A DNA stretch of 64,000 nt from Auanema rhodensis (taxonomy: Eukaryota; Animalia; Nematoda): contig OZ059896.1 in NCBI GenBank assembly GCA_964057225.1, forward strand, positions 22,630,001-22,694,000, in the 5' to 3' direction. Numbering within the stretch: the first letter of the stretch is position 1; each line of letters opens with the position of its first letter. This document shows, piece by piece, positions 10,531 to 23,300 of this stretch. The position numbers were made by a program, and so were the translations under genes. The notes under the pieces were generated by a model. It was not told the DNA's origin, made no database searches, and saw only the letters and a program-made list of their open reading frames with translations.

Positions 10531-12285
10531 TGCACCGAGATATCAACTGATATAAGTTCACACTTATATCCTCGATTTTCACCCTGAAGAATTAATTTTT
10601 TCGTTGAATAACATTGTCCATCGTCTTTGCCTTGAAAAAAGGAATCTAAAAACATCTACTTTTTGCTAAATTATTTTGAAATTTTTCGAAAAAATTTTTG
10701 TCAAAATGTTTTTGGAAGTAATGTTGAGTGTACATGGAAACTCAACATACACTAATGCATCATTTTTCAAACGATCATAACTAATTTTTGTATTAAGCGT
10801 TTCTCAATGTAGTATAGTGCATTCGATGCGGATTTTTAAGCTGCGTCGATCTGTGTTATCAGATTTGCGCTAGCTTAAAAATGCACCGAGATATCAACTG
10901 ATATAAGTTCACACTTATATCCTCGATTTTCACCCTGAAGAATTAATTTTTTCGTTGAATAACATTGTCCATCGTCTTTGCCTTGAAAAAAGGAATCTAA
11001 AAACATCTACTTTTTGCTAAATTATTTTGAAATTTTTCGAAAAAATTTTTGTCAAAATGTTTTTGGAAGTAATGTTGAGTGTACATGGAAACTCAACATA
11101 CACTAATGCATCATTTTTCAAACGATCATAACTAATTTTTGTATTAAGCGTTTCTCAATGTAGTATAGTGCATTCGATGCGGATTTTTAAGCTGCGTCGA
11201 TCTGTGTTATCAGATTTGCGCTAGCTTAAAAATGCACCGAGATATCAACTGATATAAGTTCACACTTATATCCTCGATTTTCACCCTGAAGAATTAATTT
11301 TTTCGTAGAATAACATTGTCCATCGTCTTTGCCTTGAAAAAAGGAATCTAAAAACATCTACTTTTTGCTAAATTATTTTGAAATTTTTCGAAAAAATTTT
11401 TGTCAAAATGTTTTTGGAAGCAATGTTGAGTGTACATGGAAACTCAATATACACTAATGCATCATTTTTCAAACGATCATAACTAATTTTTGTATTAAGC
11501 GTTTCTCAATGTAGTATAGTGCATTCGATGCGGATTTTTAAGCTGCGTCGATCTGTGTTATCAGATTTGCGCTAGCTTAAAAATGCACCGAGATATCAAC
11601 TGATATAAGTTCACACTTATATCATCGATTTTCACCCTGAAGAATTAATTTTTTCGTTGAATAACATTGTCCATCGTCTTTGCCTTAAAAAAAAAAATCT
11701 AAAAACATCTACTTTTTGCTAAATTATTCTGAAATTTTTTGAAAACATTTTTGTCAAAATGTTTTTGGAAGCAATGTTGATTGTACATGGAAACTCAACA
11801 TACACTAATGCATCATTTTTCAAACGATCATAACTAATTTTTGTATTGAGCGTTTCTCAATGTGGTATAGTGCATTCGATGCGGATTTTTAAGCTGCGTC
11901 GATCTGTGTTATCAGATTTGCGCTAGTTTAAAAATGCACCGAGATATCAACTGATATAAGTTCAGACTTATATCCTCGATTTTCACCCTGAAGAATTGAT
12001 TTTTTCGTTGAATAACATTGTCCATCGTTTTTGCCTTGAAAAAAGAAATCTAAAAACATCTACTTTTTGCTAAGTTATTTTGAAATTTTTCGAAAAAATT
12101 TTTGTCAAAATGTTTTTGGAAGCAATGTTGAGTGTACATGGAAACTCAACATACACTAATGCATCATTTTTCAAACGATCATAACTAATTTCTGTATTAA
12201 GCGTTTCTCAATGTAGTATAGTGCATTCGATGCGGATTTTTAAGCTGCGTCGATCTGTGTTATCAGATTTGCGCTAGTTTAAAAA
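10180..12285. repeat. Example of the loose higher-order repeat unit A-B-B-S-C-E (6 x 351 = 2106 bp)
   Basis: The same succession of diagnostic haplotypes occurs at 19236-21341 and 39238-41342. Confidence 0.8.
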
Positions 12286-14041
12286 TGCACCGAGATATCA
12301 ACTGATATAAGTTCACACTTATAGCCTCGATTTTCACCCTGAAGAATTAATTTTTTCGTTGAATAACATTGTCCATCGTCTTTGCTTTGAAAAAAGGAAT
12401 CTAAAAACATCTACTTTTTGCTAAATTATTTTGAAATTTTTCGAAAAAATTTTTGTCAAAATGTTTTTGGAAGCAATGTTGAGTGTACATGGAAACTCAA
12501 CATACACTAATGCATCATTTTTCAAACGATCATAACTAATTTCTGTATTAAGCGTTTCTCAATGTAGTATAGTGCATTCGATGCGGATTTTTAAGCTGCG
12601 TCGATCTGTGTTATCAGATTTGCGCTAGCTTAAAAATGCACCGAGATATCAACTGATATAAGTTCACACTTATATCCTCGATTTTCACCCTGAAGAATTA
12701 ATTTTTTCGTTGAATAACATTGTCCATCGTCTTTGCCTTGAAAAAAGGAATCTAAAAACATCTACTTTTTGCTAAATTATTTTGAAATTTTTTCGAAAAA
12801 ATTTTTGTCAAAATGTTTTTGGAAGTAATGTTGAGTGTACATGGAAACTCAACATACACTAATGCATCATTTTTCAAACGATCATAACTAATTTTTGTAT
12901 TAAGCGTTTCTCAATGTAGTATAGTGCATTCGATGCGGATTTTTAAGCTGCGTCGATCTGTGTTATCAGATTTGCGCTAGCTTAAAAATGCACCGAGATA
13001 TCAACTGATATAAGTTCACACTTAAATCCTCGATTTTCACCCTGAAGAATTAATTTTTTCGTTGAATAACATTGTCCATCGTCTTTGCCTTGAAAAAAGG
13101 AATCTAAAAACATCTACTTTTTGCTAAATTATTTTGAAATTTTTCGAAAAAATTTTTGTCAAAATGTTTTTGGAAGTAATGTTGAGTGTACATGGAAGCT
13201 CAACATACACTAATGCATCATTTTTCAAACGATCATAACTAATTTTTGTATTAAGCGTTTCTCAATGTAGTATAGTGCATTCGATGCGGATTTTTAAGCT
13301 GCGTCGATCTGTGTTATCAGATTTGCGCTAGCTTAAAAATGCACCGAGATATCAACTGATATAAGTTCACACTTATAGCCTCGATTTTCACCCTGAAGAA
13401 TTAATTTTTTCGTTGAATAACATTGTCCATCGTCTTTGCTTTGAAAAAAGGAATCTAAAAACATCTACTTTTTGCTAAATTATTTTGAAATTTTTCGAAA
13501 AAATTTTTGTCAAAATGTTTTTGGAAGCAATGTTGAGTGTACATGGAAACTCAACATACACTAATGCATCATTTTTCAAACGATCATAACTAATTTCTGT
13601 ATTAAGCGTTTCTCAATGTAGTATAGTGCATTCGATGCGGATTTTTAAGCTGCGTCGATCTGTGTTATCAGATTTGCGCTAGCTTAAAAATGCACCGAGA
13701 TATCAACTGATATAAGTTCACACTTATAGCCTCGATTTTCACCCTGAAGAATTAATTTTTTCGTTGAATAACATTGTCCATCGTCTTTGCTTTGAAAAAA
13801 GGAATCTAAAAACATCTACTTTTTGCTAAATTATTTTGAAATTTTTCGAAAAAATTTTTGTCAAAATGTTTTTGGAAGCAATGTTGAGTGTACATGGAAA
13901 CTCAACATACACTAATGCATCATTTTTCAAACGATCATAACTAATTTCTGTATTAAGCGTTTCTCAATGTAGTATAGTGCATTCGATGCGGATTTTTAAG
14001 CTGCGTCGATCTGTGTTATCAGATTTGCGCTAGCTTAAAAA

Positions 14042-14322
14042 TGCACCGAGATATCAACTGATATAAGTTCACACTTATAGCCTCGATTTTCACCCTGAAG
14101 AATTAATTTTTTCGTTGAATAACATTGTCCATCGTCTTTGCTTTGAAAAAAGGAATCTAAAAACATCTACTTTTTGCTAAATTATTTTGAAATTTTTCGA
14201 AAAAATTTTTGTCAAAATGTTTTTGGAAGCAATGTTGAGTGTACATGGAAACTCAACATACACTAATGCATCATTTTTCAAACGATCATAACTAATTTCT
14301 GTATTAAGCGTTTTCTTAAAAA
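14042..14322. repeat. Truncated 281-bp monomer with a net 70-bp internal deletion (about offsets 273-343)
   Basis: The junction reads GTATTAAGCGTTTT|CTTAAAAATGCACC at about 14314/14315, and the next monomer starts at 14323. Confidence 0.97.
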
Positions 14323-17300
14323 TGCACCGAGATATCAACTGATATAAGTTCACACTTATAGCCTCGATTTTCACCCTGAAGAATTAATTTTTTCGTTGAA
14401 TAACATTGTCCATCGTCTTTGCCTTAAAAAAAGGAATCTAAAAACATCTACTTTTTGCTAAATTATTCTGAAATTTTTCGAAAAAATTTTTGTCAAAATG
14501 TTTTTGGAAGCAATGTTGAGTGTACATGGAAACTCAACATACACTAATGCATCATTTTTCAAACGATCATAACTAATTTTTGTATTAAGCGTTTCTCAAT
14601 GTAGTATAGTGCATTCGATGCGGATTTTTAAGCTGCGTCGATCTGTGTTATCAGATTTGCGCTAGCTTAAAAATGCACCGAGATATCAACTGATATAAGT
14701 TCACACTTAAATCCTCGATTTTCACCCTGAAGAATTAATTCTTCGTTGAATAACATTGTCCATCGTCTTTGCCTTGAAAAAAGGAATCTAAAAACATCTA
14801 CTTTTTGCTAAATTATTTTGAAATTTTTCGAAAAAATTTTTGTCAAAATGTTTTTGGAAGTAATGTTGAGTGTACATGGAAGCTCAACATACACTAATGC
14901 ATCATTTTTCAAACGATCATAACTAATTTTTGTATTAAGCGTTTCTCAATGTAGTATAGTGCATTCGATGCGGATTTTTAAGCTGCGTCGATCTGTGTTA
15001 TCAGATTTGCGCTAGCTTAAAAATGCACCGAGATATCAACTGATATAAGTTCACACTTATAGCCTCGATTTTCACCCTGAAGAATTAATTTTTTCGTTGA
15101 ATAACATTGTCCATCGTCTTTGCTTTGAAAAAAGGAATCTAAAAACATCTACTTTTTGCTAAATTATTTTGAAATTTTTCGAAAAAATTTTTGTCAAAAT
15201 GTTTTTGGAAGCAATGTTGAGTGTACATGGAAACTCAACATACACTAATGCATCATTTTTCAAACGATCATAACTAATTTCTGTATTAAGCGTTTCTCAA
15301 TGTAGTATAGTGCATTCGATGCGGATTTTTAAGCTGCGTCGATCTGTGTTATCAGATTTGCGCTAGCTTAAAAATGCACCGAGATATCAACTGATATAAG
15401 TTCACACTTATAGCCTCGATTTTCACCCTGAAGAATTAATTTTTTCGTTGAATAACATTGTCCATCGTCTTTGCCTTAAAAAAAGGAATCTAAAAACATC
15501 TACTTTTTGCTAAATTATTCTGAAATTTTTCGAAAAAATTTTTGTCAAAATGTTTTTGGAAGCAATGTTGAGTGTACATGGAAACTCAACATACACTAAT
15601 GCATCATTTTTCAAACGATCATAACTAATTTTTGTATTAAGCGTTTCTCAATGTAGTATAGTGCATTCGATGCGGATTTTTAAGCTGCGTCGATCTGTGT
15701 TATCAGATTTGCGCTAGCTTAAAAATGCACCGAGATATCAACTGATATAAGTTCACACTTATAGCCTCGATTTTCACCCTGAAGAATTAATTTTTTCGTT
15801 GAATAACATTGTCCATCGTCTTTGCTTTGAAAAAAGGAATCTAAAAACATCTACTTTTTGCTAAATTATTTTGAAATTTTTCGAAAAAATTTTTGTCAAA
15901 ATGTTTTTGGAAGCAATGTTGAGTGTACATGGAAACTCAACATACACTAATGCATCATTTTTCAAACGATCATAACTAATTTCTGTATTAAGCGTTTCTC
16001 AATGTAGTATAGTGCATTCGATGCGGATTTTTAAGCTGCGTCGATCTGTGTTATCAGATTTGCGCTAGCTTAAAAATGCACCGAGATATCAACTGATATA
16101 AGTTCACACTTATATCCTCGATTTTCACCCTGAAGAATTAATTTTTTCGTTGAATAACATTGTCCATCGTCTTTGCCTTGAAAAAAGGAATCTAAAAACA
16201 TCTACTTTTTGCTAAATTATTTTGAAATTTTTCGAAAAAATTTTTGTCAAAATGTTTTTGGAAGCAATGTTGAGTGTACATGGAAACTCAACATACACTA
16301 ATGCATCATTTTTCAAACGATCATAACTAATTTCTGTATTAAGCGTTTCTCAATGTAGTATAGTGCATTCGATGCGGATTTTTAAGCTGCGTCGATCTGT
16401 GTTATCAGATTTGCGCTAGCTTAAAAATGCACCGAGATATCAACTGATATAAGTTCACACTTATAGCCTCGATTTTCACCCTGAAGAATTAATTTTTTCG
16501 TTGAATAACATTGTCCATCGTCTTTGCCTTAAAAAAAGGAATCTAAAAACATCTACTTTTTGCTAAATTATTCTGAAATTTTTCGAAAAAATTTTTGTCA
16601 AAATGTTTTTGGAAGCAATGTTGAGTGTACATGGAAACTCAACATACACTAATGCATCATTTTTCAAACGATCATAACTAATTTTTGTATTAAGCGTTTC
16701 TCAATGTAGTATAGTGCATTCGATGCGGATTTTTAAGCTGCGTCGATCTGTGTTATCAGATTTGCGCTAGCTTAAAAATGCACCGAGATATCAACTGATA
16801 TAAGTTCACACTTATAGCCTCGATTTTCACCCTGAAGAATTAATTTTTTCGTTGAATAACATTGTCCATCGTCTTTGCTTTGAAAAAAGGAATCTAAAAA
16901 CATCTACTTTTTGCTAAATTATTTTGAAATTTTTCGAAAAAATTTTTGTCAAAATGTTTTTGGAAGCAATGTTGAGTGTACATGGAAACTCAACATACAC
17001 TAATGCATCATTTTTCAAACGATCATAACTAATTTCTGTATTAAGCGTTTCTCAATGTAGTATAGTGCATTCGATGCGGATTTTTAAGCTGCGTCGATCT
17101 GTGTTATCAGATTTGCGCTAGCTTAAAAATGCACCGAGATATCAACTGATATAAGTTCACACTTATATCCTCGATTTTCACCCTGAAGAATTAATTTTTT
17201 CGTTGAATAACATTGTCCATCGTCTTTGCCTTGAAAAAAGGAATCTAAAAACATCTACTTTTTGCTAAATTATTTTGAAATTTTTCGAAAAAATTTTTGT

Positions 17301-20300
17301 CAAAATGTTTTTGGAAGTAATGTTGAGTGTACATGGAAACTCAACATACACTAATGCATCATTTTTCAAACGATCATAACTAATTTTTGTATTAAGCGTT
17401 TCTCAATGTAGTATAGTGCATTCGATGCGGATTTTTAAGCTGCGTCGATCTGTGTTATCAGATTTGCGCTAGCTTAAAAATGCACCGAGATATCAACTGA
17501 TATAAGTTCACACTTAAATCCTCGATTTTCACCCTGAAGAATTAATTTTTTCGTTGAATAACATTGTCCATCGTCTTTGCCTTGAAAAAAGGAATCTAAA
17601 AACATCTACTTTTTGCTAAATTATTTTGAAATTTTTCGAAAAAATTTTTGTCAAAATGTTTTTGGAAGTAATGTTGAGTGTACATGGAAGCTCAACATAC
17701 ACTAATGCATCATTTTTCAAACGATCATAACTAATTTTTGTATTAAGCGTTTCTCAATGTAGTATAGTGCATTCGATGCGGATTTTTAAGCTGCGTCGAT
17801 CTGTGTTATCAGATTTGCGCTAGCTTAAAAATGCACCGAGATATCAACTGATATAAGTTCACACTTATAGCCTCGATTTTCACCCTGAAGAATTAATTTT
17901 TTCGTTGAATAACATTGTCCATCGTCTTTGCTTTGAAAAAAGGAATCTAAAAACATCTACTTTTTGCTAAATTATTTTGAAATTTTTCGAAAAAATTTTT
18001 GTCAAAATGTTTTTGGAAGCAATGTTGAGTGTACATGGAAACTCAACATACACTAATGCATCATTTTTCAAACGATCATAACTAATTTCTGTATTAAGCG
18101 TTTCTCAATGTAGTATAGTGCATTCGATGCGGATTTTTAAGCTGCGTCGATCTGTGTTATCAGATTTGCGCTAGCTTGAAAATGCACCGAGATATCAACT
18201 GATATAAGTTCACACTTATATCATCGATTTTCACCCTGAAGAATTAATTTTTTCGTTGAATAACATTGTCCATCGTCTTTGCCTTAAAAAAAGGAATCTA
18301 AAAACATCTACTTTTTGCTAAATTATTCTGAAATTTTTTGAAAACATTTTTGTCAAAATGTTTTTGGAAGCAATGTTGATTGTACATGGAAACTCAACAT
18401 ACACTAATGCATCATTTTTCAAACGATCATAACTAATTTTTGTATTGAGCGTTTCTCAATGTGGTATTGTGCATTCGATGCGGATTTTTAAGCTGCGTCG
18501 ATCTGTGTTATCAGATTTGCGCTAGTTTAAAAATGCACCGAGATATCAACTGATATAAGTTCACACTTATATCGTCGATTTTCACCCTGAAGAATTGATT
18601 TTTTCGTTGAATAACATTGTCCATCGTTTTTGCCTTGAAAAAAGAAATCTAAAAACATCTACTTTTTGCTAAGTTATTTTGAAATTTTTCGAAAAAATTT
18701 TTGTCAAAATGTTTTTGGAAGCAATGTTGAGTGTACATGGAAACTCAACATACACTAATGCATCATTTTTCAAACGATCATAACTAATTTTTGTATTAAG
18801 CGTTTCCCAATGTAGTATAGTGCATTCGATGCGGATTTTTAAGCTGCGTCGATCTGTGTTATCAGATTTGCGCTAGCTTAAAAATGCACCGAGATATCAA
18901 CTGATATAAGTTCACACTTATAGCCTCGATTTTCACCCTGAAGAATTAATTTTTTCGTTGAATAACATTGTCCATCGTCTTTGCTTTGAAAAAAGGAATC
19001 TAAAAACATCTACTTTTTGCTAAATTATTTTGAAATTTTTCGAAAAAATTTTTGTCAAAATGTTTTTGGAAGCAATGTTGAGTGTACATGGAAACTCAAC
19101 ATACACTAATGCATCATTTTTCAAACGATCATAACTAATTTCTGTATTAAGCGTTTCTCAATGTAGTATAGTGCATTCGATGCGGATTTTTAAGCTGCGT
19201 CGATCTGTGTTATCAGATTTGCGCTAGCTTAAAAATGCACCGAGATATCAACTGATATAAGTTCACACTTATAGCCTCGATTTTCACCCTGAAGAATTAA
19301 TTTTTTCGTTGAATAACATTGTCCATCGTCTTTGCTTTGAAAAAAGGAATCTAAAAACATCTACTTTTTGCTAAATTATTTTGAAATTTTTCGAAAAAAT
19401 TTTTGTCAAAATGTTTTTGGAAGCAATGTTGAGTGTACATGGAAACTCAACATACACTAATGCATCATTTTTCAAACGATCATAACTAATTTCTGTATTA
19501 AGCGTTTCTCAATGTAGTATAGTGCATTCGATGCGGATTTTTAAGCTGCGTCGATCTGTGTTATCAGATTTGCGCTAGCTTAAAAATGCACCGAGATATC
19601 AACTGATATAAGTTCACACTTATATCCTCGATTTTCACCCTGAAGAATTAATTTTTTCGTTGAATAACATTGTCCATCGTCTTTGCCTTGAAAAAAGGAA
19701 TCTAAAAACATCTACTTTTTGCTAAATTATTTTGAAATTTTTCGAAAAAATTTTTGTCAAAATGTTTTTGGAAGTAATGTTGAGTGTACATGGAAACTCA
19801 ACATACACTAATGCATCATTTTTCAAACGATCATAACTAATTTTTGTATTAAGCGTTTCTCAATGTAGTATAGTGCATTCGATGCGGATTTTTAAGCTGC
19901 GTCGATCTGTGTTATCAGATTTGCGCTAGCTTAAAAATGCACCGAGATATCAACTGATATAAGTTCACACTTATATCCTCGATTTTCACCCTGAAGAATT
20001 AATTTTTTCGTTGAATAACATTGTCCATCGTCTTTGCCTTGAAAAAAGGAATCTAAAAACATCTACTTTTTGCTAAATTATTTTGAAATTTTTCGAAAAA
20101 ATTTTTGTCAAAATGTTTTTGGAAGTAATGTTGAGTGTACATGGAAACTCAACATACACTAATGCATCATTTTTCAAACGATCATAACTAATTTTTGTAT
20201 TAAGCGTTTCTCAATGTAGTATAGTGCATTCGATGCGGATTTTTAAGCTGCGTCGATCTGTGTTATCAGATTTGCGCTAGCTTAAAAATGCACCGAGATA

Positions 20301-23300
20301 TCAACTGATATAAGTTCACACTTATATCCTCGATTTTCACCCTGAAGAATTAATTTTTTCGTAGAATAACATTGTCCATCGTCTTTGCCTTGAAAAAAGG
20401 AATCTAAAAACATCTACTTTTTGCTAAATTATTTTGAAATTTTTCGAAAAAATTTTTGTCAAAATGTTTTTGGAAGCAATGTTGAGTGTACATGGAAACT
20501 CAACATACACTAATGCATCATTTTTCAAACGATCATAACTAATTTTTGTATTAAGCGTTTCTCAATGTAGTATAGTGCATTCGATGCGGATTTTTAAGCT
20601 GCGTCGATCTGTGTTATCAGATTTGCGCTAGCTTAAAAATGCACCGAGATATCAACTGATATAAGTTCACACTTATATCATCGATTTTCACCCTGAAGAA
20701 TTAATTTTTTCGTTGAATAACATTGTCCATCGTCTTTGCCTTAAAAAAAAAAATCTAAAAACATCTACTTTTTGCTAAATTATTCTGAAATTTTTTGAAA
20801 ACATTTTTGTCAAAATGTTTTTGGAAGCAATGTTGATTGTACATGGAAACTCAACATACACTAATGCATCATTTTTCAAACGATCATAACTAATTTTTGT
20901 ATTGAGCGTTTCTCAATGTGGTATAGTGCATTCGATGCGGATTTTTAAGCTGCGTCGATCTGTGTTATCAGATTTGCGCTAGTTTAAAAATGCACCGAGA
21001 TATCAACTGATATAAGTTCACACTTATATCCTCGATTTTCACCCTGAAGAATTGATTTTTTCGTTGAATAACATTGTCCATCGTTTTTGCCTTGAAAAAA
21101 GAAATCTAAAAACATCTACTTTTTGCTAAGTTATTTTGAAATTTTTCGAAAAAATTTTTGTCAAAATGTTTTTGGAAGCAATGTTGAGTGTACATGGAAA
21201 CTCAACATACACTAATGCATCATTTTTCAAACGATCATAACTAATTTCTGTATTAAGCGTTTCTCAATGTAGTATAGTGCATTCGATGCGGATTTTTAAG
21301 CTGCGTCGATCTGTGTTATCAGATTTGCGCTAGTTTAAAAATGCACCGAGATATCAACTGATATAAGTTCACACTTATAGCCTCGATTTTCACCCTGAAG
21401 AATTAATTTTTTCGTTGAATAACATTGTCCATCGTCTTTGCTTTGAAAAAAGGAATCTAAAAACATCTACTTTTTGCTAAATTATTTTGAAATTTTTCGA
21501 AAAAATTTTTGTCAAAATGTTTTTGGAAGCAATGTTGAGTGTACATGGAAACTCAACATACACTAATGCATCATTTTTCAAACGATCATAACTAATTTCT
21601 GTATTAAGCGTTTCTCAATGTAGTATAGTGCATTCGATGCGGATTTTTAAGCTGCGTCGATCTGTGTTATCAGATTTGCGCTAGCTTAAAAATGCACCGA
21701 GATATCAACTGATATAAGTTCACACTTATATCCTCGATTTTCACCCTGAAGAATTAATTTTTTCGTTGAATAACATTGTCCATCGTCTTTGCTTTGAAAA
21801 AAGGAATCTAAAAACATCTACTTTTTGCTAAATTATTTTGAAATTTTTCGAAAAAATTTTTGTCAAAATGTTTTTGGAAGTAATGTTGAGTGTACATGGA
21901 AACTCAACATACACTAATGCATCATTTTTCAAACGATCATAACTAATTTTTGTATTAAGCGTTTCTCAATGTAGTATAGTGCATTCGATGCGGATTTTTA
22001 AGCTGCGTCGATCTGTGTTATCAGATTTGCGCTAGCGTAAAAATGCACCGAGATATCAACTGATATGAGTTCACACTTATATCCTCGATTTTCACCCTGA
22101 AGAATTAATTTTTTCGTTGAATAACATTGTCCATCGTCTTTGCCTTGAAAAAAGGAATCTAAAAACATCTACTTTTTGCTAAATTATTTTGAAATTTTTC
22201 GAAAAAATTTTTGTCAAAATGTTTTTGGAAGTAATGTTGAGTGTACATGGAAACTCAACATACACTAATGCATCATTTTTCAAACGATCATAACTAATTT
22301 TTGTATTAAGCGTTTCTCAATGTAGTATAGTGCATTCGATGCGGATTTTTAAGCTGCGTCGATCTGTGTTATCAGATTTGCGCTAGCTTAAAAATGCACC
22401 GAGATATCAACTGATATAAGTTCACACTTATATCCTCGATTTTCACCCTGAAGAATTAATTTTTTCGTTGAATAACATTGTCCATCGTCTTTGCCTTGAA
22501 AAAAGGAATCTAAAAACATCTACTTTTTGCTAAATTATTTTGAAATTTTTCGAAAAAATTTTTGTCAAAATGTTTTTGGAAGTAATGTTGAGTGTACATG
22601 GAAACTCAACATACACTAATGCATCATTTTTCAAACGATCATAACTAATTTTTGTATTAAGCGTTTCTCAATGTAGTATAGTGCATTCGATGCGGATTTT
22701 TAAGCTGCGTCGATCTGTGTTATCAGATTTGCGCTAGCTTAAAAATGCACCGAGATATCAACTGATATAAGTTCACACTTATATCCTCGATTTTCACCCT
22801 GAAGAATTAATTTTTTCGTTGAATAACATTGTCCATCGTCTTTGCCTTGAAAAAAGGAATCTAAAAACATCTACTTTTTGCTAAATTATTTTGAAATTTT
22901 TCGAAAAAATTTTTGTCAAAATGTTTTTGGAAGTAATGTTGAGTGTACATGGAAACTCAACATACACTAATGCATCATTTTTCAAACGATCATAACTAAT
23001 TTTTGTATTAAGCGTTTCTCAATGTAGTATAGTGCATTCGATGCGGATTTTTAAGCTGCGTCGATCTGTGTTATCAGATTTGCGCTAGCTTAAAAATGCA
23101 CCGAGATATCAACTGATATAAGTTCACACTTATATCCTCGATTTTCACCCTGAAGAATTAATTTTTTCGTAGAATAACATTGTCCATCGTCTTTGCCTTG
23201 AAAAAAGGAATCTAAAAACATCTACTTTTTGCTAAATTATTTTGAAATTTTTCGAAAAAATTTTTGTCAAAATGTTTTTGGAAGCAATGTTGAGTGTACA

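Noticed and set aside
14177-14374. 65-aa minus-strand ORF (MKIEAISV...)
   Set aside because: It exists only because the 70-bp deletion joins two short stop-free stretches of satellite. Intact monomers do not give it, and it has no recognisable domain or gene context.
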